A DNA stretch of 64,000 nt from a bacterium (GTDB taxonomy: Bacteria; UBA8248), in the NCBI GenBank assembly GCA_965213685.1, contig CBDBZY010000064.1, positions 960,001 to 1,024,000 of the forward strand, given 5' to 3'. Shown here piece by piece: positions 63,601 through 64,000 of the stretch (its first letter is position 1; the number at the start of each line of letters is the position of its first letter). The notes below the pieces were generated by a model. The model searched no databases and had not been told where the DNA came from. It saw only the letters and a program-made list of their open reading frames with translations. Position numbers and translations under genes: made by a program.

Positions 63601-64000
63601 ACTCCAAGCTGCACAGTCGTTCTGCCAAGGCCCAGAAATGAGATGTATTTGCAACGCGGAAGTAACTTAATGGGTGTGGTCTTTGAAGAAAAGTGCCGTA
63701 AACTTTGCCATAGTTTAAGTTGTGCTTTCAAAGCGTTTATGCACTTCTAGTCTTAGATACTGTACACTAACAAGGTCTAAGAGTTGGCTAGGTCTTAGTT
63801 CTGGTTTGGAAGTCAGAGGTGCTTGGGACCTGTAGATATCTTACTTAGAATAGTATTAGGCTTACCCAAGCCTGAACAAATGACGTACAAAGGTTGCTCC
63901 AGAACATCAGTCCTGACCGGGCCATGGGTCTGTGCTTTGCAGGATATAGATACATACATATGTGTAGACACTTTTGTGTTGTTCTTCTCATGCTACAGAG

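Overview
Intron-containing, transposon-saturated animal genomic DNA. Composition and repeat families suggest an early-branching marine invertebrate such as a demosponge (inference). The backbone is a recent tandem segmental duplication (unit roughly 16-25 kb, differing mostly by TE insertions and deletions) carrying a minus-strand Golgi carbohydrate sulfotransferase gene (Sulfotransfer_2/CHST8-14-like). Copy A has four intact coding exons (436 aa, 15156-23868). Copy B (35786-43218) has an in-frame nonsense codon and an altered 3'-PB motif. Duplicated 5'-UTR/promoter modules at the left edge imply another copy outside the window, and relics of a divergent, convergently oriented paralog lie just downstream of both copies. 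The paralogous blocks provide filled and empty sites, so many insertions can be delimited exactly. These include a set of TAG..CTA elements with 9-bp TSDs (AcademH-like) ranging from RecQ-helicase-carrying 1.6-1.8 kb derivatives down to 39-47 bp hairpins; an intron-containing Ginger1 transposon (integrase + Ulp1 + PHD) inside a 6.4-kb TA-flanked composite; a 2.44-kb nested foldback palindrome; TTAA-specific Kolobok-like MITEs; 5-bp-TSD, IS3EU-like, pogo-like, EnSpm-like and Helentron-like MITEs; tRNA-derived repeats; and decayed CR1/L2, RTEX-like and CRE-like non-LTR retrotransposons. All family assignments are by motif recognition; no database searches were run.
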